Shown: positions 30,273 through 40,000, counted from the stretch's first letter. The stretch: 64,000 nt of DNA from an uncultured Gammaproteobacteria bacterium (GCA_964613815.1 CAZTKG010000004.1:25892-89891); one strand, 5' to 3'. Program-made: numbers and translations. The notes: generated from the letters alone by a model not told the origin.

Positions 30273-30474
30273 ACGGTTTGCTAGACTCCCAAAAGGGAAG
30301 GCCCCTCATCCGCACGCGCTTCGCGTCCGGTAGGCCAGTCACCCCTCGTGACCACGCATGACAGAAATCTGTCATGTCCTGTCATGTTGCTACTCACTCA
30401 TCGTTGAATGAGCAACATAATAACTTCCTCGCTCGCCACAACATGACAGAACCGAGCACGACAAGCGAAACCGT
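30273..30474 (+). ncRNA. retron-like ncRNA unit U6 (subtype Y)
   Basis: Arms ACGGTTT-GCTAG...AAGCG-AAACCGT; core ACGCGCTTCGCGT; cargo CATGACAG/CTGTCATG stems. Confidence 0.75.
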
Positions 30475-30570
30475 CCTAAACCACGCAACCTAAACACCGT
30501 GGTTTACCACGTCGCTCGCGCAGCGACGTGGCTCTTATCCCGCCCCTGAACCTCTCAGAGTCGGGAACCG

Positions 30571-30842
30571 AGTAAACTGCTAGAACCTCTCATCGGAGAG
30601 TCGGTCATTCATCTTCTTGCACCCAGCATTAAGTAGACCATTCACCCAGCTCGTCAAGCCCGGCCTCATCACGTCGCTCAAGAGCAACGCGACGAGGTCA
30701 TAACGTCACGACGTCACGATACCGTTACGGTAACGTCACGGTAACGTCACGTCATCAGAGGCCGTCGCCGAGTAACATCAACGCGCCGTAACGTCACCGT
30801 GACGTTACCGCAACGGCACTGTCGAGCTCTTACGAGTTTACT
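30571..30842 (+). ncRNA. retron-like ncRNA unit U7 (subtype X)
   Basis: Arms AGTAAACT-GCTAG...CG-AGTTTACT; cargo with tandem (GT)AACGTCAC repeats. Confidence 0.75.
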
Positions 30843-30846
30843 TCCT

Positions 30847-31056
30847 AGCGACTTGCTAGACACCCCGAAAGGGAAGGCCCCCTCATCCGCACGCGCCTCG
30901 CGTCCGGTAGGCCAGTCACCCCCAGAGGCCATGCCAGGGACAAACAAGTATGTCCCTGCTGGTCCCCTATCGCATTCGTCAGATGCATGGCGAACACGCT
31001 ATCACATCATGACTCACCGCGACAGGGACAAGCCAAGGCCATCCAGCGAAGTCGTT
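30847..31056 (+). ncRNA. retron-like ncRNA unit U8 (subtype Y)
   Basis: Arms AGCGACTT-GCTAG...CG-AAGTCGTT (one G-U pair); 5' ~65 nt nearly identical to U6, cargo unrelated. Confidence 0.75.
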
Positions 31057-31136
31057 CCACCGTCGCCCACGCGACACCCTCCGGAGAATTCTCCGGGCTC
31101 TTATTCCGCCTCTGACCCAATCAGAGACGGAACATG

Positions 31137-31359
31137 GGCAAACTGCTAGAACCTTCTCGCAAGAGAAACGGCCATCAATCTTTCTGCGCCGTGCACCAAG
31201 TAGGCCATTCACCCGACTCGACCAACCCGGTCCTCCGGAAATGTCGGGAAACCCGATGCATTTTTACACGAGCTCGCGCGATATCGCGCGACCTTCCCTC
31301 CACTCGTTCGCGCGATATCGCGCGATCTAGCGCAAACAACGGGTCCTCACGAGTTTGCC
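31137..31359 (+). ncRNA. retron-like ncRNA unit U9 (subtype X)
   Basis: Arms GGCAAACT-GCTAG...CG-AGTTTGCC; cargo has two copies of palindrome TCGCGCGATATCGCGCGA. Confidence 0.75.
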
Positions 31360-31451
31360 ACGCCAGAGGCCAAGCCTCTGGATTCTTCTATCGAGCTCCT
31401 CCCCGAGAAGCCCGACAAAAGAATCCCTAGCCCTTTCAAAAGGAACCCAAA

Positions 31452-33269
31452 ATGCCCCTCTCTCCAACCGAAATCGCCCGCTCCCGCGCCATCCTCACCG
31501 CCATCTTCCCAGAACTCGTGAGCATCCTCCTCGCCATCACCGGAAGACCCGTCAAACTTGTCTGGGACCCCAACATCAGCACCGCAGCAACAGACTGCAA
31601 AGCAATTGTCTGGGCCAGCCCAAATCCATTCCTAAACGGATTCCCCGACGTTGGCAGAGGATCCACCATTCACGAAGGCGGCCACATCAAATGGTCACGC
31701 TTCGGCTCCCGTCTCATGCGCCAAGCCAAAGAAGAGGGAGGAGAAGGCCTCAGCCACCTCCTCAACCTCATCATGGACCGCCGAGACGACACCCTGAACG
31801 CAGACCATAACCCCGGCATAGCAACCTGCCTCCGCGCCCGCCTCGCCTACCTCTGCACCATGCAACACCGCCTCATGATGAAAGCCGCGGTGGACAGAGT
31901 CATGGCTCGCGAAGAAAAAAAACGATCATCGCCGTCACCACGCGCGATCAGAATCGCCGAACTTCGCAAAAAAAGAGACATGGACCCACGCGAAGTAGAC
32001 ACCCCTCGCCTCGAAGGCCGCGAAGCCGAAGACAAAATCACCAAACTCCTCTCCGGCGTAAAGCCAAAGGACGCTTGGGAAGACTTCTTCTTTGCCTGCA
32101 AGTGGCACAAAGGCGCCAGAACCCGCCGAGGCCGTAAAGCCATCAACATCATCGGCACCCAGCGCCTCCTCAAGGCAACCCCAGGTCAACTCCTCGGCCT
32201 CGCCAAACGCGTCCACACCATCCTCGGTGACCGCCCAAGCGAGCAAAAAACTCCACCACCCAAAGGATTCCAAAACCTCATCACAATCGCTCGCGCGATC
32301 GAACGAGGCGACAAAGAATCCATGGCAGCCCTACGCGCCATCGACCCCGACATGCACGCCGCAGTCATCCTGCTGCACACCATGGACCCAGGCATCGCCA
32401 AACTGCTCGGCAAGATGGCCAAACAGCATACGGCAAAGTCACGCGCAACCGGCATGGAGAAACTCAAAAAAATTCTCCAAACCGGATTCCGCCACCCAGG
32501 CCCAATCTCCATCGGAGACCCCGGAAAGGTCAAGGTCATAGAGCTTCCTCACAACGAAATTCACCGAGCAACGCACCGAGCTGTTCTCGCCGAAGTCGCA
32601 CATCTCAAAGACCAACTCGTCCGCACTCTCAGAAAACTCGACTCTCCAAGTGAATTCACGCTCTACGCCCAAGACGAAGGCGACGAACTCGACTTTGACG
32701 AAGTGGCCTCCATGGCATGCGGACTCGGCGGCAACTGGCAAGAAACCGTCATAGAACGCGACATCGACGCCCTCATCGCCATCGCAGCAGATATCAGCGG
32801 CTCCATGGGAGGAGAAAAACTCAGAGCGCTCCGAAGACTTCACGCCCTCCTCACAGAAGGCATCGAAGTTCTCGGCGACAGCGCAGAAGGCTACGCCTGG
32901 GCGTATCACTCACAGACCATCTTCGACCTCGGTCGCACCGCCCCAACAAGCGCCTTCCACACGCTCAAAGCAGACTACGGCAACTCTGACACCACCATGC
33001 TCACCATCGCCGGCACCCGCATGGCCATGTCCAAACGTCGCCAAAAAATCCTCTTCGTCATCACCGACAACGGCCCAGACAACATCCAGACAGCAGGGGA
33101 GAGAGCAAGACAACTCCTCGCAAGAGGCGTCCTCGTCATCCACATCATGGTAGACGTCCACGGCATCCCCGACATCTACCCAATCGAACTCCCATACGTC
33201 TCCATAGACGACCTCATAAACGGCGAGTTCAACAAACTCCTCACCCTCATCTTCAAACACTTGAAGTAA
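31452..33269 (+). CDS. vWA-domain protein (CobT/NorD-like MoxR partner) with N-terminal HExxH
   Basis: AATD..HEGGH N-domain, G.ELD motif, MIDAS DISGSM, LFVITDN. Confidence 0.85.
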   Translation: MPLSPTEIARSRAILTAIFPELVSILLAITGRPVKLVWDPNISTAATDCKAIVWASPNPFLNGFPDVGRGSTIHEGGHIKWSRFGSRLMRQAKEEGGEGLSHLLNLIMDRRDDTLNADHNPGIATCLRARLAYLCTMQHRLMMKAAVDRVMAREEKKRSSPSPRAIRIAELRKKRDMDPREVDTPRLEGREAEDKITKLLSGVKPKDAWEDFFFACKWHKGARTRRGRKAINIIGTQRLLKATPGQLLGLAKRVHTILGDRPSEQKTPPPKGFQNLITIARAIERGDKESMAALRAIDPDMHAAVILLHTMDPGIAKLLGKMAKQHTAKSRATGMEKLKKILQTGFRHPGPISIGDPGKVKVIELPHNEIHRATHRAVLAEVAHLKDQLVRTLRKLDSPSEFTLYAQDEGDELDFDEVASMACGLGGNWQETVIERDIDALIAIAADISGSMGGEKLRALRRLHALLTEGIEVLGDSAEGYAWAYHSQTIFDLGRTAPTSAFHTLKADYGNSDTTMLTIAGTRMAMSKRRQKILFVITDNGPDNIQTAGERARQLLARGVLVIHIMVDVHGIPDIYPIELPYVSIDDLINGEFNKLLTLIFKHLK

Positions 33270-33409
33270 TCCACGCACAACGTGGATCTTTTTTTAAACC
33301 AGCGAACAAATATCCATTCCCATTTCGACCAACGCGGAGAAATCTCTCTCAATAACAACATATAAATTAAACCAATCACTTGACAAAACAACCAAACCAT
33401 GCTAAATTC

Positions 33410-33650
33410 CCTCAGTGCTACGTGGCCCGACCACACCTCTTCTCGCGCCTCGCGACAAGTTTACGCACAACCTAAGCGGACCAAGCCTGGCGCTTGCGCG
33501 TCTCATGAGTTTGTCGCACTACGTCGCGACCGCACTTCATGACGCCCTTCGCCCATCATTGCGGACAGCTCTTATCCCTACGGGGACCTGTCCGCAACGT
33601 ACGCTCAATCTCAACGCCCGCCGTGCATGCACGGCGGGCGCCTTTGATTT
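33410..33650 (+). ncRNA. degenerate or variant retron-like unit U10
   Basis: TTGACA 33380/TAAATT 33403; TGCTAC-hairpin-CTTCTCGCGCCTCGCGACAAG core; cargo stems; strong hairpin GCCCGCCGTGCATGCACGGCGGGC. No complementary 3' arm found. Confidence 0.5.
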
Positions 33651-33773
33651 AACAAACATTTCCACCCTCCCCCATCTCGACCCCGTGGAGAGATCTTGCA
33701 GCCCTGTCACATTCAAATTACGACAAAATTAAAATGGAGACGTCTCATTTTCTAAACAATTTCTCTAACGTTT

Positions 33774-36368
33774 TTACTTATCCCAACTATCTCCAACCAC
33801 TGGCTCTACCACAAGCGGAACCCCTCCCTCCGGCCAAACCCCCTCCATAATCCGCTTAATCTCCCCCATAGCCTCATCAACATCCCCCTCCGCAACCTCA
33901 AACACCAACTCATCATGCACCTGCACAAGCATCCCAACATCCAAATCGCTCTTCCTAGCCCATTCTTCAATCGCAATCATCGCCCGCTTCACCAAATCCG
34001 CCTGCGTCCCCTGAATCGGCATATTCACCGCCATCCGCTCCGCCTGCGCCCGAAGCATCCCCACGCCACTATCAATTCCCGGTAAATACCGTCGTCGCCC
34101 AAACGAAGTCTCAACATATCCATCCTCATGCGCCTTAACCTTCGTCTCATCAATATACCCCTGAATCCCAGGATGCACCCCAAAATATCGCTCAATAAAC
34201 CCCTTCGCCTCCTCCGCCTTCATCCCCGTATTCCGAGCCAAACTCCGCGACCCCATCCCATACAAAATCCCAAAATTAATCCCCTTAGCCGCCCGCCGCT
34301 CATCACTCGTAACAGCGCCCAACTCCTTATCAAGCACCTGCGCCGCCGTCAGCCGATGAATATCCGCCCCCTCCCGAAATGCCTCCAGAAACGCCTTATC
34401 GTCCGCAAGTACCGCAGCAACTCGAAGCTCAAACTGACTATAATCAGCCACAATAAACTTCTTCCCCTCATCAGCGACAAACGCCTTCCGAACCTCCCGC
34501 CCCATCTCCGTCCGAATAGGAATATTCTGCAAATTCGGATCATGACTGCTCAATCGACCAGTTGCCGTCACCGTCTGATCAAACGTCGAATGCACCCGCC
34601 CGTCACCGCCAACCATCGTCGGAAGCGCATCAACATACGTACTCTTCAACTTCGCCAGCTCCCGATACTTCCGCACAAGCCCCACAATCACATGCTGATC
34701 CGCAAGTTTATCAAGCTCACTAGCAGCCGTAGAAAACCCAGTCTTCGTTTTCTTAATTCCCTTCGTCGGAAGCGCCAAATCAACAAACAAAACATCCGCA
34801 AGCTGAGAAGGGGACTTAATATTAAACTCTCGCCCAGCAGCTTCATAAATAGTCTTCGTCAAAACCTCAAGCTCATCTCCAAGCCGCACAGAAAACGCAC
34901 CCAAAAACGCAGAATCAAGCAAAATCCCGCGCCGCTCCATCGCATACAAAACCCCAAGAAGCGGCATCTCAATCTCCTCAGCAAGCCGCAAAACCCCATC
35001 CTCCTCAAGCCGCTTCCGCAAAACATCCGCAAGCCCCTTCACACTCCGAACCGCATCCTCACCTTTCTTCAACTTGCCCCCAGGCAAATAATGATCCAAA
35101 AGCTCCTCCATCCCAAACGACCGATGATGATTCGCAACCAAATACCCCGCAACCTTCACATCAAAAACCTTTCCAAGCTCCCCGTCAAAATCAACCAAAT
35201 GCAAAATCCCTTTCAAATCATGAGCAACAATCACCTCAGCCCCATCAAGAACCTCCCGAAACACTCCCAAGTCAGCATCTTTCGGATCATCAACCACACA
35301 AACATCTCCACCACTCATCAGAGCAATCCTCCCAACCCGCTCTCCAAAAAGCCCAGGCTCCCGCTCCTCAACCCAAACAACAACTTCATCCCGCCCAACT
35401 AAATCACTCATTCCAACAGCCTTCCCACCTACAGGCTCCTCGCGTACATCACTATCACCACCCTCACCATCTTTCACGACAACCTCAACAGAACTCACAT
35501 CACCCTCATACTTCCGCGCAAGCGTCCGAAATCCTAACTCACCAAACATCTTCACAAGCCCCGCCGCATCAACCCCATCACAAACCGCATCTTCCAAATC
35601 AAACCCAGGCAACGCAACATCCCGCACAATCGTCACCAACTTCCGCATCGCCTCACACTCCTCCTGCTTACCCATAAGCTTCTTCTCCCACTTACTAGGC
35701 ATAAGCCCCTCATCAATCGCTCTGTAAACCCCCTCAATATCCTCAAACCGCTGCAACAACTCCATCGCACTCTTCTTCCCAATCCCCGCAATCCCCGGAA
35801 TATTATCACTAGAATCACCCATCAAAGCCTTATAATCAATCATCTGATCCGGCCGAATCCCATACCGCTCAACCACCGCAGCCGCATCATAAATCTTCGT
35901 CTCAGAAACCCCTCGCACAAACGAAACAACGCTCACCTGATCATCAACAAGCTGAAGCGCATCCATATCACCAGTCACAACAAAAACATCAAACCCTTTC
36001 TTCGGCCCATACTCCGCCGCAAGCGTCCCAATCACATCATCAGCCTCAAACCCAGGCGCCGAAAGGGAAGGGATGCCATACAAACTCATCACATCCTGAA
36101 TAATCTCAATCTGCGCATACAACTCATCAGCCTTTTCCTCGCGCCCAGCCTTATAATCCTCATAAAGCTCATCCCGAAACGTCCCCCCAGGCAAATCCCA
36201 AGCAACCACAAAATAATCAGGCGTGAACAGCTTCCGCATTTTCTCCACAATATTCGTAAACCCAAAAACCGCATTCACCACACGTCCATCATCTGTCGTA
36301 AGCGGAGGAACCGCATGCCAAGCCCGATGCAAAAGCGCATTCCCATCCAAAATCAAAACCTTTTTCAT
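33774..36368 (-). CDS. polA: DNA polymerase I
   Basis: LDGNALLHRAWHA 5'-exonuclease, TGRLSS.DPNLQNIP, DYSQFELR, QVHDELVFE. Confidence 0.98.
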   Translation of the reverse strand: MKKVLILDGNALLHRAWHAVPPLTTDDGRVVNAVFGFTNIVEKMRKLFTPDYFVVAWDLPGGTFRDELYEDYKAGREEKADELYAQIEIIQDVMSLYGIPSLSAPGFEADDVIGTLAAEYGPKKGFDVFVVTGDMDALQLVDDQVSVVSFVRGVSETKIYDAAAVVERYGIRPDQMIDYKALMGDSSDNIPGIAGIGKKSAMELLQRFEDIEGVYRAIDEGLMPSKWEKKLMGKQEECEAMRKLVTIVRDVALPGFDLEDAVCDGVDAAGLVKMFGELGFRTLARKYEGDVSSVEVVVKDGEGGDSDVREEPVGGKAVGMSDLVGRDEVVVWVEEREPGLFGERVGRIALMSGGDVCVVDDPKDADLGVFREVLDGAEVIVAHDLKGILHLVDFDGELGKVFDVKVAGYLVANHHRSFGMEELLDHYLPGGKLKKGEDAVRSVKGLADVLRKRLEEDGVLRLAEEIEMPLLGVLYAMERRGILLDSAFLGAFSVRLGDELEVLTKTIYEAAGREFNIKSPSQLADVLFVDLALPTKGIKKTKTGFSTAASELDKLADQHVIVGLVRKYRELAKLKSTYVDALPTMVGGDGRVHSTFDQTVTATGRLSSHDPNLQNIPIRTEMGREVRKAFVADEGKKFIVADYSQFELRVAAVLADDKAFLEAFREGADIHRLTAAQVLDKELGAVTSDERRAAKGINFGILYGMGSRSLARNTGMKAEEAKGFIERYFGVHPGIQGYIDETKVKAHEDGYVETSFGRRRYLPGIDSGVGMLRAQAERMAVNMPIQGTQADLVKRAMIAIEEWARKSDLDVGMLVQVHDELVFEVAEGDVDEAMGEIKRIMEGVWPEGGVPLVVEPVVGDSWDK

Positions 36369-36435
36369 AAAAAATAATCTAAAATCAAAACAAAACTACC
36401 CACACTTTACCACGAAAAAAGCCGCCATTGGCGAC

Positions 36436-36960
36436 TTATTTCTCAATCTTCTTTCCTTTGATAAGCGCAGTAATCATCCGCCTCGTAATCCGCCGCTTTC
36501 CGCGCTGACTAATCTCATCCGCAATCTTCAACGCATCAACTCCAGTACACCATTGATGATCATCAAACTCCGACTTCTCAATATCAAACTCAGAAGAAGC
36601 GACATCGCACACAACCGCGTAATACCGCTTACCTCGCATCATAACTTCCGACCCATCGTCAAGATTCATTGGTCGTGTTCCTCGTTTTTCAGCAAGAAAC
36701 TCTACCTCATCCTCATGAATCAACGTCCCAAAAGTAATCTGACCACCAAAATCCTCTCCAAGCTCCTCTTTCATCTCTCGACAAAGCGCCGTATTCAAAT
36801 CCTCTCCATTTTCAATCCCACCTTGCGCTAATTGCCAAAGTTTATATTCTTCATGGAAAACCATCAAAAGCTTCCCATCATGAACAACACAACCGACAAC
36901 AACCGGACGAAATCCGCGCTGTCGAACTGAATCAATTTGCTCCAATGTTGGCATTTTCAT
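36436..36960 (-). CDS. NUDIX hydrolase
   Basis: QGGIENGEDLNTALCREMKEELG Nudix box. Confidence 0.9.
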   Translation of the reverse strand: MKMPTLEQIDSVRQRGFRPVVVGCVVHDGKLLMVFHEEYKLWQLAQGGIENGEDLNTALCREMKEELGEDFGGQITFGTLIHEDEVEFLAEKRGTRPMNLDDGSEVMMRGKRYYAVVCDVASSEFDIEKSEFDDHQWCTGVDALKIADEISQRGKRRITRRMITALIKGKKIEK

Positions 36961-37049
36961 GCCCAAACGCTAGCACAAATAGCCAATCTTGGCAAGAATA
37001 CAACAAAATCGAGTACAATCTACTTGACCACACGCAATTCACCTGCTAA

Positions 37050-37160
37050 TATCCCACAGCTCATTACTCTTTCTGTCCCTCTGGCGTCAGTACCTCTACA
37101 GAGGGACAGGCTCCCACAACCCCCCAAGGCATGACGCTGCCAAAGGGGGTTATTTTTTTC
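37050..37160 (+). ncRNA. candidate small RNA with two hairpins
   Basis: TTGACC 37025/TAATAT promoter-like site; hairpin CTGTCCCTCTG/CAGAGGGACAG; terminator-like AACCCCC..GGGGGTT-T run; no ORF. Confidence 0.4.
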
Positions 37161-37197
37161 CAAACGAAAAAGACTTCTCTTACAAGAAGTCTTTTTC

Positions 37198-37273
37198 TGG
37201 GGCGACTAGAGGGAATCGAACCCTCACTAGGGGCACCACAAACCCCTGTGCTAACCGTTACACCATAGCCGCC
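37198..37273 (-). tRNA. tRNA-His(GTG)
   Basis: Reverse complement GGCGGCTATGGTGTAACGGTTAGCAC..TTGTGGT..GGTTCGATTCC..CCCCA. Confidence 0.93.
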
Positions 37274-37341
37274 ATGTTTTTTTCTTACTCTTCGAATGAG
37301 CCGTGCCAACAACCTAACCAAACTCACGCGTGAGAGGCCTG

Positions 37342-37465
37342 CCAGAAGGGGTAAGTTGCTGTGTGGTGGTGATTCTTTTGTACAACCGCAGTAAGACGTA
37401 CACATAGTACGTAGTCGAGGATTGTACAAAAAATCTCCGCCACACAGCAACTTGGCCCCTTCTGG
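37342..37465 (-). repeat. ~124-nt long hairpin element abutting the tRNA-Arg(TCT) 3' end
   Basis: Homolog of 22772-22895 with compensatory changes. Confidence 0.8.
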
Positions 37466-37539
37466 TGCACCTGGCAGGACTTGAACCTGCAACCTTGAGG
37501 TTAGAACCCTCCTGCTCTATCCAATTGAGCTACAGGTGC
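37463..37539 (-). tRNA. tRNA-Arg(TCT)
   Basis: Reverse complement GCACCTGTAGCTCAATTGGATAGAGC..GTTCTAA..GGTTCAAGTCC..GCACCA. Confidence 0.92.
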
Positions 37540-37662
37540 TCATTGCGTGCAGCAAATATACATGAATTAACCAAATAAATCAACCCTACTCACCCAAAAT
37601 CACCCTCAACTTGAGACTGACAAAAATAAAACGACTTCCATCCATCCAATCACCTGCAACAC

Positions 37663-38595
37663 CTATTCCTCCTTTCCATGATGCTTCTGATGCACCTCTT
37701 TCAAACGCTTATCCGTCACATGCGTGTAAACCTGCGTCGTCGTAATGGACTCATGCCCAAGCATGCTCTGCACACTCCGAATGTCCGCCCCGCTCCGCAA
37801 TAAATCCGTCGCAAATGTGTGCCGAATCGTATGCGGCGTAATCCGTTTCGCAATTCCTGCACTTCTAGCATACTTCTCAATCGTCCGCTGAATCGACCGA
37901 GGAGTAAGCGCTCCAGGTTCCCCGCGCCCAGCCTTAGCCCGATCATGACTCACAAATAAATGAGGCGACAAATCCTGCCGAGCTTCAACATAATCACGCA
38001 CCGCATCCTTAGCAGTTTCGCTCATAAACACCACACGATGCTTACTACCCTTGCCCTTAACCGTAAACTCATCCCTCTTCAAATTTAAATCATCAATCAA
38101 AAGCTTAGAAAGCTCACTAACACGAAGCCCCGTACTAAAAAGCATCTCCAAAATAGCCGAATCCCGAAGCCCAATGATCCCCGGCGTCTTATCAACCGCC
38201 AAAAACATCTCCTTCAAATCCTCTGGCTCCAAAAACTCCACCTTCCGAGTCTCATGTTTCGCAAGTTCGATCTTCTCCGGACTAAGCGTCTTCACATCAA
38301 TCTTGTGCAAATACTTCAAAAAAGACCGTAAAGCAATCAAATGATAATTCTGCGTCGTCTTTTTCAAATTCACATCATCCCGCCCCTCAACCTCACGATT
38401 CAAAAACAACCGATATTGCCGAACCATCTCCAAATCAATCTTATCCGGGGCAGGATACTTCGCCCATTTCCCAAACCGACTCAAATAAAAGTCATAATTC
38501 TGAATAGTATTCGCACTTCGACCACGCTCAACCTCCAAATACTCCAAAAATTGCGTAATAAGCTCCTGCAAACGACTCTTTTTTCCCATAAACAA
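37663..38595 (-). CDS. XerC/XerD-family tyrosine recombinase
   Basis: RD.AILEMLFSTGLRVSEL, GKGSKHR, TPHTIRHTFAT, LGHESITTTQVY. Confidence 0.93.
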   Translation of the reverse strand: MFMGKKSRLQELITQFLEYLEVERGRSANTIQNYDFYLSRFGKWAKYPAPDKIDLEMVRQYRLFLNREVEGRDDVNLKKTTQNYHLIALRSFLKYLHKIDVKTLSPEKIELAKHETRKVEFLEPEDLKEMFLAVDKTPGIIGLRDSAILEMLFSTGLRVSELSKLLIDDLNLKRDEFTVKGKGSKHRVVFMSETAKDAVRDYVEARQDLSPHLFVSHDRAKAGRGEPGALTPRSIQRTIEKYARSAGIAKRITPHTIRHTFATDLLRSGADIRSVQSMLGHESITTTQVYTHVTDKRLKEVHQKHHGKEE

Positions 38596-39036
38596 TAATC
38601 AAAACTTCAATACCAACATTATACGACACAAAACTACCACCTCCTAATTCCCATCCTGAGGCGCGCCAGCCCTAGCGCGCCGGAAGGATCTCACAGCAAA
38701 ACCATCGAATATTAGCCAAATAAGTCAAAAACACCCAACATCTGCCAATCATCACTTGACAAAAACCAAAAAACAAGCTAGTCTATAGAGTCAGTATCAA
38801 AATTCCTCACAAGCAAGCTAGAGAAAAATCCCATGCATGTTTTTCTCCAGCTCACTCATCAAAAGGGAATATCAATATTCCCATCCCCTCAAAGGAAATC
38901 ATTTCGAATGATGTCTTCTAAGGGGATCACGTTCGACACCAACAACGGGCCCGTCCAGCCCAAAAAAACAAAATCACCGCAAGGAGGTGACAGGACAAGC
39001 ACGACGAATTTACATTCCACAACCCAAGGAGTAGGA

Positions 39037-39408
39037 ATGTCTCGTCGCGATGCCCGGTGCCAGGGCCAATGGCACACAATCACCGTCAACGTGATCAACA
39101 TCCCACGCGAGGGAGGGAGAATGATCGTTACGCAAGAGCAGAGGTCAATTTGCACCTGCTGGCTCTGCGAAGACCATTTCTACCTCACCGGATGTCCAAT
39201 CCTTCGTCCAACCATGCATGCCAAGAAGAAGCCGTTCACCACGGCCGAATCCAAAGCGCGCATCGGAGACGAGAACGGATTCATCCCAACCCCGCAAACC
39301 CCCCGCGTCCGAACGCCAAGCGCAGAGCTCAAACTCAAGCGCAGGCGCAAAGAACGCGGATCAGATCGCCGCTATCACCGCCAGTGGCTCCTCTCCCAGC
39401 GAGACTAG
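39037..39408 (+). CDS. small basic Cys/His-rich hypothetical protein
   Basis: AAGGAG RBS; C..H..CTCWLCEDH..C; Arg/Lys-rich tail; promoter TTGACA 38756; followed by hairpin CCCCTCGG/CCGAGGGG. Confidence 0.55.
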   Translation: MSRRDARCQGQWHTITVNVINIPREGGRMIVTQEQRSICTCWLCEDHFYLTGCPILRPTMHAKKKPFTTAESKARIGDENGFIPTPQTPRVRTPSAELKLKRRRKERGSDRRYHRQWLLSQRD

Positions 39409-39482
39409 CAGCGATCCGTCCCCTCGGCTAACACCGAGGGGTTTCGCTTTACAAAAAACCAAAAAATCGCTAATATCATCAC

Positions 39483-39714
39483 CTCGATTTGCTAGATCAA
39501 AAAACCTGGTCCCTTCCCGCGCCCCGTGGCAAGACCCTCAAACACACCAATCGACCCCGACATAGACATTCACGAGACCAAAACTCTCGACAAGCTCAAC
39601 TTTTGGTCCCTAAAATCTCTATTCAAATCTCACTGTGACGAGCTCTCACGCCGTGACCACGGCACTCGAGATCGTGCAAACGATATTTGACTCTGGTCAA
39701 CAAGCGAAATCGAG
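39483..39714 (+). ncRNA. retron-like ncRNA unit U11
   Basis: TTTACA 39448/TAATAT 39471; CTCGATTT-GCTAG...AAGCG-AAATCGAG; core CTTCCCGCGCCCCGTGGCAAG; terminator. Confidence 0.8.
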
Positions 39715-39765
39715 CTTCAACCCTCACAAGGTTGCTTTTTTTTGATCGAAATGCTAATTTTGCCC

Positions 39766-39974
39766 TTCGATTTGCTAACCGCCGCTGGCCCCGGCACTCT
39801 CGTATCGACATACTAGATAAATCGATATGCCTCCCCGCGCCCCGCGGCGAGAAAAGCGAACACCCTACCAGATCAGGGGAAAGTTCTTCGATCCTTTCCG
39901 AAACCGTTCCGCGATGCTGACCACCTACGGCACTCACCAGCACAGAACGTTCCCAAGCCTCAAGCGAAATCGAG
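39766..39974 (+). ncRNA. retron-like ncRNA unit U12
   Basis: TTGCTT/TAATTT promoter overlapping the previous terminator; TCGATTT-GCTAA...AAGCG-AAATCGA; core CCGCGCCCCGCGG. Confidence 0.78.
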
Positions 39975-40000
39975 CATCAACCCAATCGGGTTGCTTTTTT

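Noticed and set aside
29937-31451. Short ORFs in this gap and in 26110-27040 and 39450-42340
   Set aside because: No RBS or recognisable motifs, frames are not conserved between repeated units, and conservation follows base pairing rather than codons.
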